DNA of 64,000 nt, from positions 5,394,001 through 5,458,000 of the forward strand of contig CM035351.1 in assembly GCA_020137815.1 (NCBI GenBank), given 5' to 3'. Positions 24,696 through 38,400 of this stretch are shown here, piece after piece. Origin of the DNA: Hormiphora californensis. Its lineage: Eukaryota; Animalia; Ctenophora. Position numbers and translations under genes: made by a program. The first letter of the stretch is position 1; every line of letters begins with the position of its first letter. The notes beneath the pieces were generated by a model, which saw only the letters and a list, made by a program, of their open reading frames with translations, did no database searches and was not told where the DNA came from.

Positions 24696-27600
24696 ATGAA
24701 ATCAAATGCTTGCATGACAAAAGTGAAATTATCAGTTTTGTCATTAGCCGTTTTGGGTCTTTTTATTTTCCTGTCCAGAGAATCTTCGTCTTCAGAAGAA
24801 GAAGAAACAGAATTCGGTAAAAACAATGAACAGCTTCAAACTTAATATTTTATTATTATCACTGTTCTGACCTTTAAATTAAACTATTCAATTTTCAGAA
24901 AATTATCGGCCCCAGTTGACCCTAATTTTGACACAATTTCGATCTGGATCAAGTTGGTTAGGATCAATATTTGATGCTGATCCTGATATATTCTATCTGT
25001 TTGAACCGTTACATCCACAGATCTACTCATCCCCGTCCCTCTCTTTAACTACCCCAGAGGTCCAGGTACTTACAACACACACACACACATTCGGGGCCTG
25101 GTAAGGCCCCCCGACCCGAATATAAACCAAACTCAACCCATCCCCCTAAACCATCCCCCCTAGACCACCTCCCTCCCCCCTAGACCACCTCCCTCCTCTT
25201 CAGCGCACCGTTATCTTCTTCTACCAGCATGCAGTGAAGGGTTGAGAGTTGAGAACTGTTTTTATAGGTTTAATTAAGAACAATTTTTAATATATATTTT
25301 TACTCTGGGTGCCACCTGTTATAGTGGACTGACTCCATGTTGGTGGAGCCCGGGACGTGCGGCTATATTTATTGACATTTATTTATTGTATATAACGTTC
25401 TAATTTTTCCATGATAAAAAAAAAACAACGGGGCCGAGCCGACAGGTCCTTAATACCAGATGAAAAAAATAGTGACGTCACAGATAGCACAATGAAGTCA
25501 AAATGAAACTTTTTGCAAACCCGGTGTCCGGTGGATTTGTGTTTTTCATTCTTTATCATATTACCAGATCCAGATACTAAAGAATTTGTGTACATGTGAT
25601 TTCGATAATATCCCTTCCTATGGTTTTGTTCACCGGAGTAATGCTGGAATGACTGCCAAATCATTCTTCAATTCAATAAGTGCAAGTAAGAACAACAAAA
25701 TCTTTTGGTGACATTGACACCTAAAGTACACCCCAAACTACTATGTCCCTCACTCGGGTTTTGTGAAATTTCCCACGGTCATAACTCCACTCCCTGATGA
25801 GATAGAGACTTGAAATTTGTTTTGTACGAAGAACTCGATATGATCTCCCTACAAAACAAATTTCAAGTCTCTATCTTATCAGGGGGTGGAGCTATGGCCG
25901 TCTAAAATCCGGTCGCGCGCAGCAAGGGACATAGTAGTTTGGGGGGACCTTTAGTGCGTGCGAGATCGAGCTCGCACATAGGTGTCCGCTCCGCCCCCTA
26001 AAAAAGGGTCGTGTCTTTCAAGCCAAATTGCACGCGATCCACTGGACCGATTTGCATCCGGTTTGTCGCAAAAGACTACAAATTGATCCTTATATACTGG
26101 AAAATACCCGAGAAGTTTGTCTGTCAACAGGAAGTGGGTCAAAATTGACACTGAAGTCAAATCTGTAATCTGGCTTCTGAGCCTTTTTGCACCACTCCCA
26201 GACGGTTTAGAATGAATCTGAGGGTATCAGAAGATAGGTTGAACTCTTGTGAGTACTGGAAAATACCCGGCATTAATAGCTGATGCTAATTGCATCAACA
26301 TATCTCCCAATATCTAAATTGCATGGGCGTAGTGCAGAAACTCTCGGAAGCCAGAATATAGATTTGACTTCAGTGTCAATTTTGACCCACTTTCTGTTGA
26401 CAGACAAACTTCTCGGGTATTTTCCAGTATATTAGGATCATTTGTAGTCTTTTGCGACAAACCGGATGCAAATCGGTCCAGTGGATCGCGTGCAACATCC
26501 CTTGAATGAAACGACCCTTTTTGGGGCGGAGCAGACACCTGTGTGTGAGCTCAATCTTGGTCGCGCACGGTGTCTATGTCACCAACAAAATCTTCACATC
26601 GTGAAGGGCAATTAGCATCTGCTCTTGCCCAATTGTTTATACACAGCTGTAATTAATGGAACTGCAATAACTAATGTTATTGGATACCGATATGTTATCC
26701 GTTATGAACCGCTAATTTTCCTCATTCCCTAGAGACGCTAAGAAGGCAATGTCTGGACGCCAAAGTGAGGGTTTCCAAAGTAGTCAGAATATCGGATCCA
26801 AAAGTTCTGGGAAAGCTTCAGCGAGAAATGCCTGAATGCGATATGTCTATAGTACATCTTGTTCGAGATCCACGAGCATCAATCAACTCTGTCATGGTAG
26901 GTATACTTCATTTTTTTCAACTGTTCCCCCTAAATTAGTGCGCAGATTTGGTTTGTGCGCCTATCACATGTTAACGTGTGGTGCCCACGTCAAAAATTTC
27001 ACAATTTGACAATTTCACGAGTTTGGGGGAACCGATGAAAAAAATGGACTTTAATTCAATTTTTGTTACAATTCCGCGTGATTACTGATTAGGTTTGGTG
27101 TTTCATGTTTAGTCATTTCTTCCCCATTCACTAGGCGACATTTGGACGATTCAAGCAAGCAGAAGTTTCCAAGGAATCATTCACTAGCGAAGATGTACAG
27201 AAAGGTGCCACTGAAATCTGCACCCAGAGAATGGAGGTTGTACGGGGTGTTAACGATCTACCTTACAAGAGTGTCACTATAAAATATGAAGATGTGAGTA
27301 AAGTTTGACATTAATCAAACTTGCCTAGCCAGACCCTGATTCGCACGCCCCGCCCTTTACAAATGTAAAGGGAGGGTTAGAAAATAACAAAATTAAACAT
27401 CTCTGGACTGACTTATTGATTTTATAATTGACAAACATGCGACAATGTGAATTTCTTTCCTCAGATTGCAATAAATCCGAAGGAGGAGATAGATAAGTTG
27501 TTTGCTTCTTTGGGGATGTCCGTTTCTCAGGACGTTTATTACTACATTCTCTCGTCCTCCAAATCAAAAGACTCCTCCTCTCACGGGTTTGATGTCATTA

Positions 27601-27722
27601 AAAACTCTAAAGATGTTTATGATCGCTGGACTAGGGAAATGGATCCAGAGATGATGACCATAGTAACAGAACAGTGTTCAGATTTTCTTGATTACTTTGT
27701 TTACCCAAAAACTATTTTATAG
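24696..27722 (+). CDS. Golgi carbohydrate 6-O-sulfotransferase (CHST1/3/4-like), type II membrane
   Basis: TM exon 24696-24817; 5'-PSB motif FRSGSSWLG..FYLFEPL (24899-25065); 3'-PB motif IVHLVRDPRA (26733-26896); IKYED (27135-27293); final exon 27465-27722 with W...C motif. One small internal exon is needed for phase and was not firmly located (candidate ~25204-25240). Confidence 0.9.
25705..26585. mobile_element. Mutator-like foldback element with ~250-bp arms and 9-bp TSD
   Basis: Ends ttggtgacat..gacacc / ggtgtc..atgtcaccaa; TSD caaaatctt at 25696-25704 and 26586-26594; arms 25954-26195 and 26330-26570 are inverted copies. Confidence 0.88.
25722..25953. mobile_element. TAAAG...CTTTA MITE nested in the left arm of the foldback
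   Basis: Reverse complement of 15858-16095; interrupts gacacc|gtgcg. Confidence 0.9.
26902..27053. mobile_element. ~155-bp MITE, inverted relative copy at 28762-28917
   Basis: TIR catttttttcaactgtt(ca)ccc; core cacgttaacatgtgatag shared between the two copies in opposite orientation. Confidence 0.8.
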
Positions 27723-28761
27723 TATATTATTACTGGTAGTATCTACCTCCTATTTATATATGTTTTTAATCTCGAGTAAGGGTTTCTATTTGACTGTTAT
27801 GTTGTATGCTTGTAGAGAAGAGTTGCAGTTGCAAGGAAGCTAAACAAACATAATTTCTTTTTTATACAACTACAGTTATTGTTTAAATACTCTTAAATGT
27901 CTACCTAACAGTGCTGCTTGCAGTCAAAATACGGTAACGCAAAATACAGTAAGGAGACGCGCACGGTGCATAACGCGTGGCAAAAAGTTCATGTGTCAGC
28001 ACGTACTAGCGCCCTGATTGGTCACGGTTGCGCGTCGTCTTACTGTATCTTCGTTTTCCATTACCGTTTTCCCACTACAAGCGACCGTGTAAAGGGTCCA
28101 TTCACACCTGATGCCTCCAACTCGGCAACTCCAAGCCAGAGCCGCCCCTCAATTTTCAAGCCGCAGCACGGAAAGACGTCTTCCTTCGGTCCTTCCTGAC
28201 TCTGAAGGCGATCGTTACTGGCCTGGCATATGGTGATACAAGTAAAAAATGGGATTCATTGCGACACACGAATACATAGAGCACAAATTACAAGTTGCAG
28301 GCGGCAACAGTATTATTATTATTTATTAAATCTAAAAATGTATACATTGCATACATATACGCCCCTTTTTGTGGGCAATTTGGATAGTCCTTTCGATTTA
28401 AAATTCAATGATTAGAGTTCACTTAGCCACAGTAATGTAAATGTAAATGTAAATTATGCACTTAATATCCCACTCAATAGTGAATATATACCCAGAAAAA
28501 TGGTGCCAACGCACTCTCTAAAGTATCACTTTCTCAAGTAATGAAAAAAGTTTAAGTTTAAGTTTAAGTTTATGCACAATTTATCACAAAGTCACACAAT
28601 TAATATATAACTTCGTCCCGCTCTTACACCATACACTAATAAAGTCGGTAAAACTGTCTTTGGGCTCACGAAAATCCAAAAATTTCGCTTAAAAACTTCC
28701 CTCTGTGATCCCCTATCTTTTAGAAACGAGAAAAATAGCCTTTCTAGTTTTTTTGCCTTGG

Positions 28762-28917
28762 TAAAGTCCATTTTTATTCAACTGTTCACCCTCCAACTCT
28801 TGCGCGTGCGATATTTTAATTTACGCTGCGCGCGCTACACGTTAACATGTGATAGACGCGCAAAACAATTCCGCGCACGACTTTGGGGGGTGAACAGTTG
28901 AAAAAAAATGGAGTATA
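28762..28917. mobile_element. ~155-bp MITE (same family as 26902-27053)
   Basis: taaagtccatttttattcaactgttcaccc...gggtgaacagttgaaaaaaaatggagtata. Confidence 0.82.
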
Positions 28918-30231
28918 GTTGGTTCCAAAATTTTTTATTTTTGTTGCATAAAAAAATCGCGATTCAGTTCCAAACATTTCGTTTTTTTAGCGCGCGGCTC
29001 ATCTAGAAATGCGCGGCTCACATTGACAGCGTAAAATTGATTATATCGCGCGCGCCATAAAAATCATATGGAGTAGGAGTTTTCGTGCCATTGACATCGC
29101 GATATACCAGGCCAGGCATCGCACCTAATTTTATTCGAAGAAGGGGGAGGATACACCACCAATGCCTGGTCATTCTCCTCGCTCACAGTGATTTGGGCAC
29201 GTCACGCCCCTCATGTTCGCACGCCCGAAGGGCGATCCCCTCACACGGGGCTTGCCTGCTATATATGCAAAGCACACAAGGAATGGCCAGTGTGATGCCT
29301 GTGCTATTTCCATAACGACCCATAACAAAATAAAAAGCAGGATTTTATGAAAACAATCACTGATTTAGAAACAGTTTACCCAAGTTGTGCACAACACTTC
29401 CTGCTATCTGACTAGCCTACACCGTTAACACTCAATATTGTAATAATAAAATGAAGGGGAACAAAAACAAATGTGATTGATCGTGTAGGATAGCACTGCG
29501 TTATAAATACCATAGTTTCTAGTCCTCACTCACACTCACACACACTCACATCACACTCACACACACTCACACACATCACACACGTCACACATTAACAGAG
29601 TCTTGCTATGTAATGGAAAACGCACCAAAACATGTCACCAAATAATGTCGTAAATATATAATTATGCCATCCAAAGCCCAATAAACACTACAACCAATAA
29701 CGTACTGTGAACAATATAACACCATTTTAAAGCTCGCTTGATACAGCGGCATATCTCTCTCTCTTCCTCTCTCTCTCAACTCTGTGTTCTACCTATTTAC
29801 GTCCAAATAATTTAGCAAAGTGTGTGAAAAGTCTGCATGACTACTACGATGTTTCATCAGATGTGCACCCTAAGACAATATGATGTGCCGCAGAAAGCGA
29901 AAACAAAAGTAAATCACACTATCAGGACAGTTCAGGGAGAGAGGTGCACCTTCTCAGGGATTCAGTACAGGAAGAATTGAGCGGGTACACATCCACCTCC
30001 CCAAACAGATTACTAGAGCAGCTACACCAAATATAAATGAGAAAAACTCGTTTTCTGGACAATTTTTAGGTAGCCCACTGTATGCAAAACACGCACAACT
30101 ATACATTATATCAGAGGACTATTGAAAGACATTTCCTAACTAAACATGCTCATGAGTCACATAAAGCAAGACTTGCTATATGTAAAGCCCGTGAGCGGGA
30201 CACACTACCAAATTGCTAGGAAAATATAGTC

Positions 30232-30460
30232 GAATTTTATAACTAGGGGACAGGGGGGAGGGGGCCGTTTTGATCTTATTTCAAATTTGCATATTTTCGA
30301 TTCCTGATGAGACTTTTTGAATTTGCAGGCTGGGAAAAACTTAGTATGATCTTCCTAACTTCCAAATTTCACGTCTCTAACTCATCAGGAACCGGAGATA
30401 TGCACGTCTGAAATAAGGTCAAAAGTACCCCCTATCCCCTGACCCTTAGTTAAAAATTCT
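30232..30460. mobile_element. MITE with imperfect ~55-bp TIRs
   Basis: aattttataactagggg..ttgatcttatttca versus tgaaataaggtcaaaa..cccttagttaaaaatt. Confidence 0.65.
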
Positions 30461-30937
30461 ACTATAATGTTAGTCAGTTTTCCGCTAGTATTCCCTTATT
30501 TCACCAAGTTAATTCTGAGAGAGCACAATGAAGATGGGATGAGATGCTTTTAGAATTGACTCTTTGAAATGGACGAGAAATATACCGATCTGACTGTCCT
30601 ATCTCATGAGCTGACAACAGAACTTCGTGTTTTGCAAAAAAAGTTTCCTCGCTCTCTCGCTCACAAACACTAAACCTGAACACATACACAACAAAACAAG
30701 AAAAAACTTAAATCACGAATCTCATTAACTTAAAGAATTAAATCTATTCCCCCATCTATTTCCAATATATCCCTGTCTCCAATTCTTCTATTTTTGGTTT
30801 AAGTGATTTTCAGTGTGCGGCTGTACTCGATAAAATAACCTTGCGCATTTATACCGATACAGTATAGACTACAGTTATCATTATAACACACTCTCTCTCT
30901 ATCTCGCTCTCTCTATCTCTCTCTCTCTCTATCTCTA

Positions 30938-31006
<69 letters not shown>

Positions 31007-31611
31007 CTCTTTTGAGTATCGCAGTGATCACAAATCACAACAGGAGAGTGAGCGTTGCACGCCAACAGCATTTGTCTCTCGTGCATACAAAGAAAGCACT
31101 GTTATACACCAATACGCACACACCTTGTGTGTAAAATAAGGGGGAGATCCTACCTAACCCCGTGTTTACTGTTTTCTCTCTTTCTCTCTCACACTCTCTC
31201 TCTCTCTCACTCTCTCATTCTCTTGTCACAGTTGGGAAAAACACACACACATAGTTACTTCATCACTTACAAAAGGAGCTTAAAACATGAAAAAACCAGC
31301 GTTATCACATTATTGGCTTGGTAAAACAGTTGACCGTCTCCCATTAATATTCTAATATCGGGGTACCAGACCTCTCTCACACATTTCTCTCTCTATCTGC
31401 TGTACCGTTCTGTTCCGTTCGGTGTTCTCTCTCTCTTTCTGCCTCTCATATATTCCCTCACTCGCTCGCTTTGATCTGTCTCGAATCTTTCTCTTTTTCG
31501 CTATCTTTTTTCTCAATACAAATACACATTGTCCAGGATTGAATCCAGCACCTTATCCTCCTCTCACTTTTACTCACTCACTATATATCAGAGATGAAAG
31601 AAGCTGCCTCC

Positions 31612-32188
31612 TCAGCCCTCCCCGGACGTGTGCCCATTCTCCAGGCTGAGAGAGCTAACCTCATTATTCTCTATCCCACTGTCCACAAAGGAGCTCGATA
31701 CACTGTCGTTATCACCGTTCGGTGAGGAATCTATCAGATCGCACCCGTTTTGTAGGGGTTGTTGTTGTTGTTGCTGTGCCCCGTCTTCTTCTTCGTTATT
31801 GTCATCCTCAAATTCCTCGCCCTCGTCTGACGAGTGGTCCTCCTCATCCTCTTCTACCTCGTCATTCAGTTGGTAGAGCTCCTTCGCTGCAGCAGCCTGT
31901 TGCATCACGTCATTCCACAGGGACTGAGGGAGTTAGAGAGGGAGTTAGAATTGAGGGAGGGATCAGGAGTTATAGTGGGGGTTAAAACTTAGTGAGAGAG
32001 AGTGGGGGTTAGATAGGGAGTTATGACTTAGAGAGGGAGTAGTGGAGGTTAGAGGGAGGCGGGAGTAAGTAGGGAGGTGGGGTTTAGAGGGGACAGAATA
32101 GGGGCATGGTTTACGGAATGTTAGGCGATGAAAGTAATAACTAAATAATACCCAGGAATAGGAATTTTAACATGTTATCAGCAATTGC

Positions 32189-32275
<87 letters not shown>

Positions 32276-33463
32276 CAGGAATCTGGAATGTGACACAAAA
32301 ACCTGCCAACTGCAGAGCTAGCAGCAACAGAATTGTAGCCGCTGCTGGACACACACACACACAAGCACACGCTCACCTCAGCTCCTTCATAGTTGAATAT
32401 CGAAACAGCACTTGTTATTGTGCTCTTCGGCCGGGCAAGGATCTTGGATATCTTGGTCTTGTTTAGACCACAGATAATGGGAACACATTGTTCTGTACTC
32501 TCAGCTACGATGTCGTGTACACAATCAAATAGGCCACCTGCGAGAAAGGGAAATGTGTTAGTGTGGAATATAACAAGTAATAACTGATGCTCGATTACAG
32601 ATCCCCTATTCTCTAAACTCCGTGATGGATGAAACTTTGAAGAAATATATATTGTCTATCGGTGTCGATTATAGTAAGTACCTTTGGAGACAATCCTATC
32701 AATATTAGGAGGGATGATGATGCATTTTACACGTTTTAGTTTGAGGTATTTCCTGGCCTCTCTCAAACCACAGCAGTACCGTCTTTTGTGCTGCAAGGAA
32801 GGAAGTGTTAGTTTTCAATTTAGGAGATTGCTAGTTTTCAAGATTGTCCAAAACACGAAACCGATTGTCTCCTAAGCCTAGAGGGAACCCAATGCCACCC
32901 TTACCGCTGATCCAATTTTGTATGCTTTGTCATTAAATTCTCGTAGTTTTCCGAGGAACATTTGGAGAGAGTTGTTGAGGTCATCAGTAACGGTCTGGGA
33001 ACAACACGCCTGAATATTCAACACGCTGCCTTCGCTGCAAAATAAATCGTGGTAAAACACACCGGATAAGGCGAAAAAGAGAGGGGAGAGAGAGAGAAAG
33101 AAAGAGAGAGGTTACTGGTCGGGTGGAGAGATACATACAAACATTAATAAGAGAGATGAAAAAGCGGCTGATTCTTACCTCTGCTCACTCGTCTCTCCCT
33201 TTTCCTTTACAATTATCTGTGCGGGAGAACAAAAATTAAAAAATCTTAAATCGCGTGTGTAAACTCTCCGCGATCTTTCTACTCAAGACCAAATTCGTAC
33301 CTTTTTCATTTTAGAGAGCTTCTTGGGCTTTGGATCCTCCCTTTCCTTGCCCCTTCGTGTGTTCGGGGCAGAGGCATCGAGCTGATTAACGACCTGGGAC
33401 AATAACCATTTACATAAATCGCCAAGAAATCTTTGTCCAAATAATATTTGTTAGAAGTGTGTG

Positions 33464-33536
<73 letters not shown>

Positions 33537-35254
33537 GAGAGAAGAAACAGAAGCTGAGAGATGGAGGAAACGGGAGGGGGAGTGCTGTGTACGTTAGATG
33601 CGCAACAAACATAGTGCTGGCAACTACTTTCTTATACGCGCGTTTGCGCGCCCTTGCTAGTCGCGGTAGAGATTCTTGCGGAATTGTCCCTTTCTAACAC
33701 GTTGCCTTAGGTAGCCAAGTCAACGTAGAGTGAGTGAGAGAGAGAGAGAAGTTGATGTATGTATTATTATTATGTGTGTGTATGTGAGTTTATTATGTAT
33801 GATATGTACCTTCTCAGGGGACGAAGTAACTAGGTTAGCACTCTTAACAACTTTCTTTTTTCTCTGTTTCTTGTCCTGTGAGGAAGGGAGAGTTGAGTGT
33901 AATTTGGGGGGAGCCGGAATGTCAACAAATATTTAAACAAACATTCTGGTACCCCAGCTGTACCCATGATAGCAGAGTGCTAACAGTTACATACCTGGAT
34001 AATATTCATAATATTGAGCTCAATTCCAGACCCTTTTGTTGGTTTTTGCCGGCCATTTGATCGGCCAAAGTACGGCCTCCCGCCCCTTTCTCCGTTAGCC
34101 CCTCCTCCTTCTGTGGTATTCTCTTCCCTAGGGTTGGGCACGAACTTCTCGTTCCTTCGGTCAGGTCGCTCTGGCCTCTCTGTTTTCTTTTCTTCTGGTT
34201 GAACCGTTTTCTCGACAGTTGGGGCTGCTACAGGTGTTGGCGCCTGGTAGGAGGAATAGAGTGAGACAGGAAGTAAGAAAAATATTGAGATGAAGACAGC
34301 AAGGAGAAAAACTGTTGGATTTGGGAAAGAAGAGAGAGAGAGATAGGAGAGAGAGAGAGAGATAGAAGAGAGAGAGAGAGGGAGAGAGAAAGAGGGACTC
34401 TCTATCTCTCATCGCTATCTCTCCTATCTCTCTCTACTCTCTCGCTCTCTCTCTACTCTCTCCCTCTTTCCCTTCCTCTTTACCTCTCTCTCTAAGAAAA
34501 TACCTTGCATTTATCAGACAGGGTAAAGTTTCACTGTGCGTGTGTAACACACTCAGACACGCACATTACACAATGTCGACTAGCAAAAGGAGAGAAATAT
34601 TGGTGTTGTGCAATTGGAAATGGGTAAAAGCAATATAGAGACTGAATAATGCTTGCAAGGGATTCTTACACGCATTTGGATCAGCCGTTTCGAAATAATA
34701 CGAATAAAGATGATCTAATCATTTAAAACTGGATAATGTTTATTCTAGAACTTGATGTGTGATGAGATGCTGGCGAAATTGCTAGAACAATTACCATGCA
34801 AACCAATAAACAAACAAACTAACAAACTAACAAACTTACAAACTAACTAACTAACAATCTAACAAACCAATAAACAAACAAACTAACTAACTAACAATTT
34901 ACAAAGTAATACAAGGTTTTTAATTGTTTAATTAAAAACCTTGTATTACTTTGTAATCAGCTCCAGAATCTTGATCCTGTCGAGCGCTTTACCAGCAATC
35001 CCTTTATAAGCAAAGATAACTAACAATTTAACAAACCAATAAACAAACTAACTGGAACACCTACCTGCTGTATTTCAGGTTTTATCACAGGTTCCTCCTC
35101 CTCAGCAGTAGGTGGGTCTGCACCTAGAAGGGCCGCCCTGTAACTCATCGAACTGTCCTCTATACTTGGCACCTCTCCAGACAGCACCGGGTAATCTTCC
35201 TCCGAGGACGGTACTACTGAAAGGAAGGGAACATTTAGAGGGGAGGGAGAGAGA

Positions 35255-35304
<50 letters not shown>

Positions 35305-35359
35305 AGAGAGAAAGAGAATGAGAGAGAGAGATAGTTAGAGAGAGGGAGAGAGAGAGAGA

Positions 35360-35423
<64 letters not shown>

Positions 35424-38400
35424 AGTATTACCGCTGCAGTTATGGGGACACATGTACGGGGAAGAGACAAAACTAGGGATAATTAAAACGGAAAAGTAAG
35501 AAAAAGTAGTAAATTCTAACTCTCTCCATGATAATTATAACACTGCCAGAATTTTCCACCTGTAATAGCAACGCCTACACGCAGCTGTCAGTATGGCCTA
35601 GACCGGCCAACCGTTACACGCAGTTTTACACGTACTGTAAGCTATTGTGAAACGCATCAAATCGACTGTAAAAACACTCAAACCTCTAAAAACCTAAATT
35701 TTTGGGTGTTAAAATTTAAATCTATAATTTTTGTACATTGAATTGTGTGAATGTAAACCACTTCGTTTCCCCCAACTTTTCTTTCTTTTTCGATGATGAT
35801 GAGTTGTTGTACACTTTGGGAGTCTTGTTTTTTTTGATGACGCTGGTTTCACTGCTTTTTTGATCGGTTTAACTGAACAGATCATGTGTTTTTTTGTTTA
35901 AAATGTTAAAGGGTTAAAAAAATTACTTTTATAGTTTTGTGAATGTTTAAAAGAAAAAGTCCAATTTTCACAATACCCCCACCCCAAAAAACGTGACCCC
36001 GCTCTATCCTTGTTGTTGTCCGGTGGGGTTGATAGTCCATTATTCCGCTTTTGGTCTCCATACCGGCCACCATTCGCTCACCCCCCGGCCCCCATGCTTC
36101 CCCCCTCGGCCACTTTTGGGGGCCCTCCCCCCTTTCGCGGCTGACGGAGGTACTGGTCCCGGAACCGGGGGATGGAAAATCGGGGGTGGTTGGGTGATGG
36201 TGCCACTATTATCTAGAGGAAGAGAGGGAGTGTTAACACTGTTATCTGGAGGGAGGGAGGGAGTGTTAAAACTTTAAACCACAAATTTTACAGTTAAAAC
36301 CTCAATTAGAGATTTTCATAACAAAATATGTTGCTAATGTACCTGATTGGAAACCCAGTACATTTCCCCGTACATGTGGGGTACGAACTCAGGAGCGTCT
36401 AGTTAGAAGGATGGCTGGGGCTGGGCTAGGCCATTCAGAGCAGTCCCCTTGGTTACAAATGGCTCAACATCAGGGCGCAGTTTCGAAGTCTGAAATAATA
36501 AGAGATTAGGGGGAAAAGAGATATAATTTCGAAAAAAAAGGAGGATTGAAAAGTAAGATAAGGGGAGAAAAAAAAGAGGTTGGGGGGGATAGAGAAAGAG
36601 AAGGGCAAAAACTTCCTGCTCCCTTTTTCCCCCATAGGGGAGGGGGGGTGGGAAAGAAATTTGGGAAAGAGGTTAAAAAAAAAAAAAAAAAACATTTTTT
36701 TTTTTTTTCAATTTTCAAAATCAATCCTTTAAAACTTCCTCCCTCTTTTCTCTATTTACTTCTTTCCCTTTAAACAAACCCCTTTCTGATTTTTACCTTT
36801 TGGATTTTTTTCCCTTTTCCCTCCCTTTCATTTTTCTCCCTTTCCTTCTTTTTTCCTTTCTCCCCCTTTTCCCTCTCCTTTTTTTCCTTTTTTCTCCAGT
36901 TTTCGGCCGGTTTAAAGGGGGGGGTTTTTTTCCGGTGCCCCGCTGCCCTTACCTCCTTCTCTTCTTCTCTCTCTCCTCTCTTTTCTCCCATCACGCACCC
37001 CCCCAGGGGCCGTAGGTCCCATGCGTGACGGGGGGTTTTAAACCCCCACCCCGCCCTTTTGGGGATCGGGGGGCCCGGAGGGGCCTGGGAAAGTAAAAAT
37101 TTTGGGTTAGAACAAGGGTCCATAGGGGGTAAATTGAAAAAACATGGGGGGGGGGAAAAATTTGGGGGGGAATTGAGGGAAGGGGTTTTCCCTCCCTTAC
37201 AATGGGGAAAGAAAGCCCACCACTGGGGGGCAGAAGAAAAACATGAAAACTAAAGAACCCAAACGCTGAATCTAGGGAAATCTGGGGGCAAGCAGGAACG
37301 GGTATAAAGTTTTGCTGTTAAAACCGAACGAAAAAAATTAAAAAAAACTGGTTAAAATTAAAATTACAAGACAGGGGGGATCAGCTAGGGGGGGAATACT
37401 TCCCGGAATTTCCGGACGTGTTCATCGATTTGAAGAGGACTGTTTTTTGGAGCTGAGGGGAAATTTTTCGGGTTATGCATCAGATACTTTATTTCGGGGG
37501 CTGACTCCCCCAAAGGGTCCGATCACAAGGATGCCCTTTTCCTTTTTAAGACCCCAAATTCGTGTGGCTCCCTCCTAGTTTTGGTACTTCTCGATCTTCT
37601 CCATCTCCCGGGCCGAGACTGACCTGTCCTTTGGTAAGCGACATCAATCAAAAGGGGTTCTTCTTTAGTTTTTAAAGGACCAGTCATTTTAAAATGCCCG
37701 GGGGGTTTTACCCGTCGTATGGGAAAATCCCAGGGGATCTTGATTCCATTCTGAGCACTTTCTCGCTAGTGGCCCCCCCTTTTGATTGGGAGGAAAATCC
37801 GTGGTCCTGGACAATCCCCGTGTAGGGCACCTACTCGATCTGTCGGGTTTAAATCCGTTGGCAAGTTTCGTGCACCCCTTTTAGGATGTTTTTCCACCGA
37901 CTCGTTGTTTTGGGTTTTTACATATCGGCATTTTCTCGTCGCTCCATCCTCTTTCCGATAGACCCCCTTTTCAGCCCCGGGGTTTTGTGCGAGGGCCCTT
38001 TTGTCCTGGGGAAAAAGGGGGGTTCTTATTGCTAAAAGGTCCTTTGGGGGGGCCCAGGCCCATCCGTCTTTCGCCCCCCCCTTCTTCAATTTGCTTCAAG
38101 ATTTCCCTGAACCTTTGCTTTCCATTTTTTTCCCAAGGATCCGCCTAAATCTTTCCTTCTGGTTTCTGCTTCCCTGGGTCTGCAAACCTTTTCTCTCGCA
38201 TCGCGGCGGGGAGGGCAAAACTTTGATCGTGGAGTTGTGAAAAATCACAGTCTGTTTTTCCCCTTTGCATGACATTTCAATCCGCTGGGGGCCCCTACCC
38301 CCTTTTTTTCCGGTGACTATAGTCGTGCGTCCTTTTTATCTTGATTACCCTCTTTCAGGTGGCGGGGTAAGTTCCACCCCTCGGCTTCGGAATGGGCCAT

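Noticed and set aside
29300-31600. SECIS element or selenoprotein gene near SBP2
   Set aside because: I could not identify an in-frame UGA ORF or a convincing AUGA-AA-GA stem-loop by eye; SECISearch would be needed.
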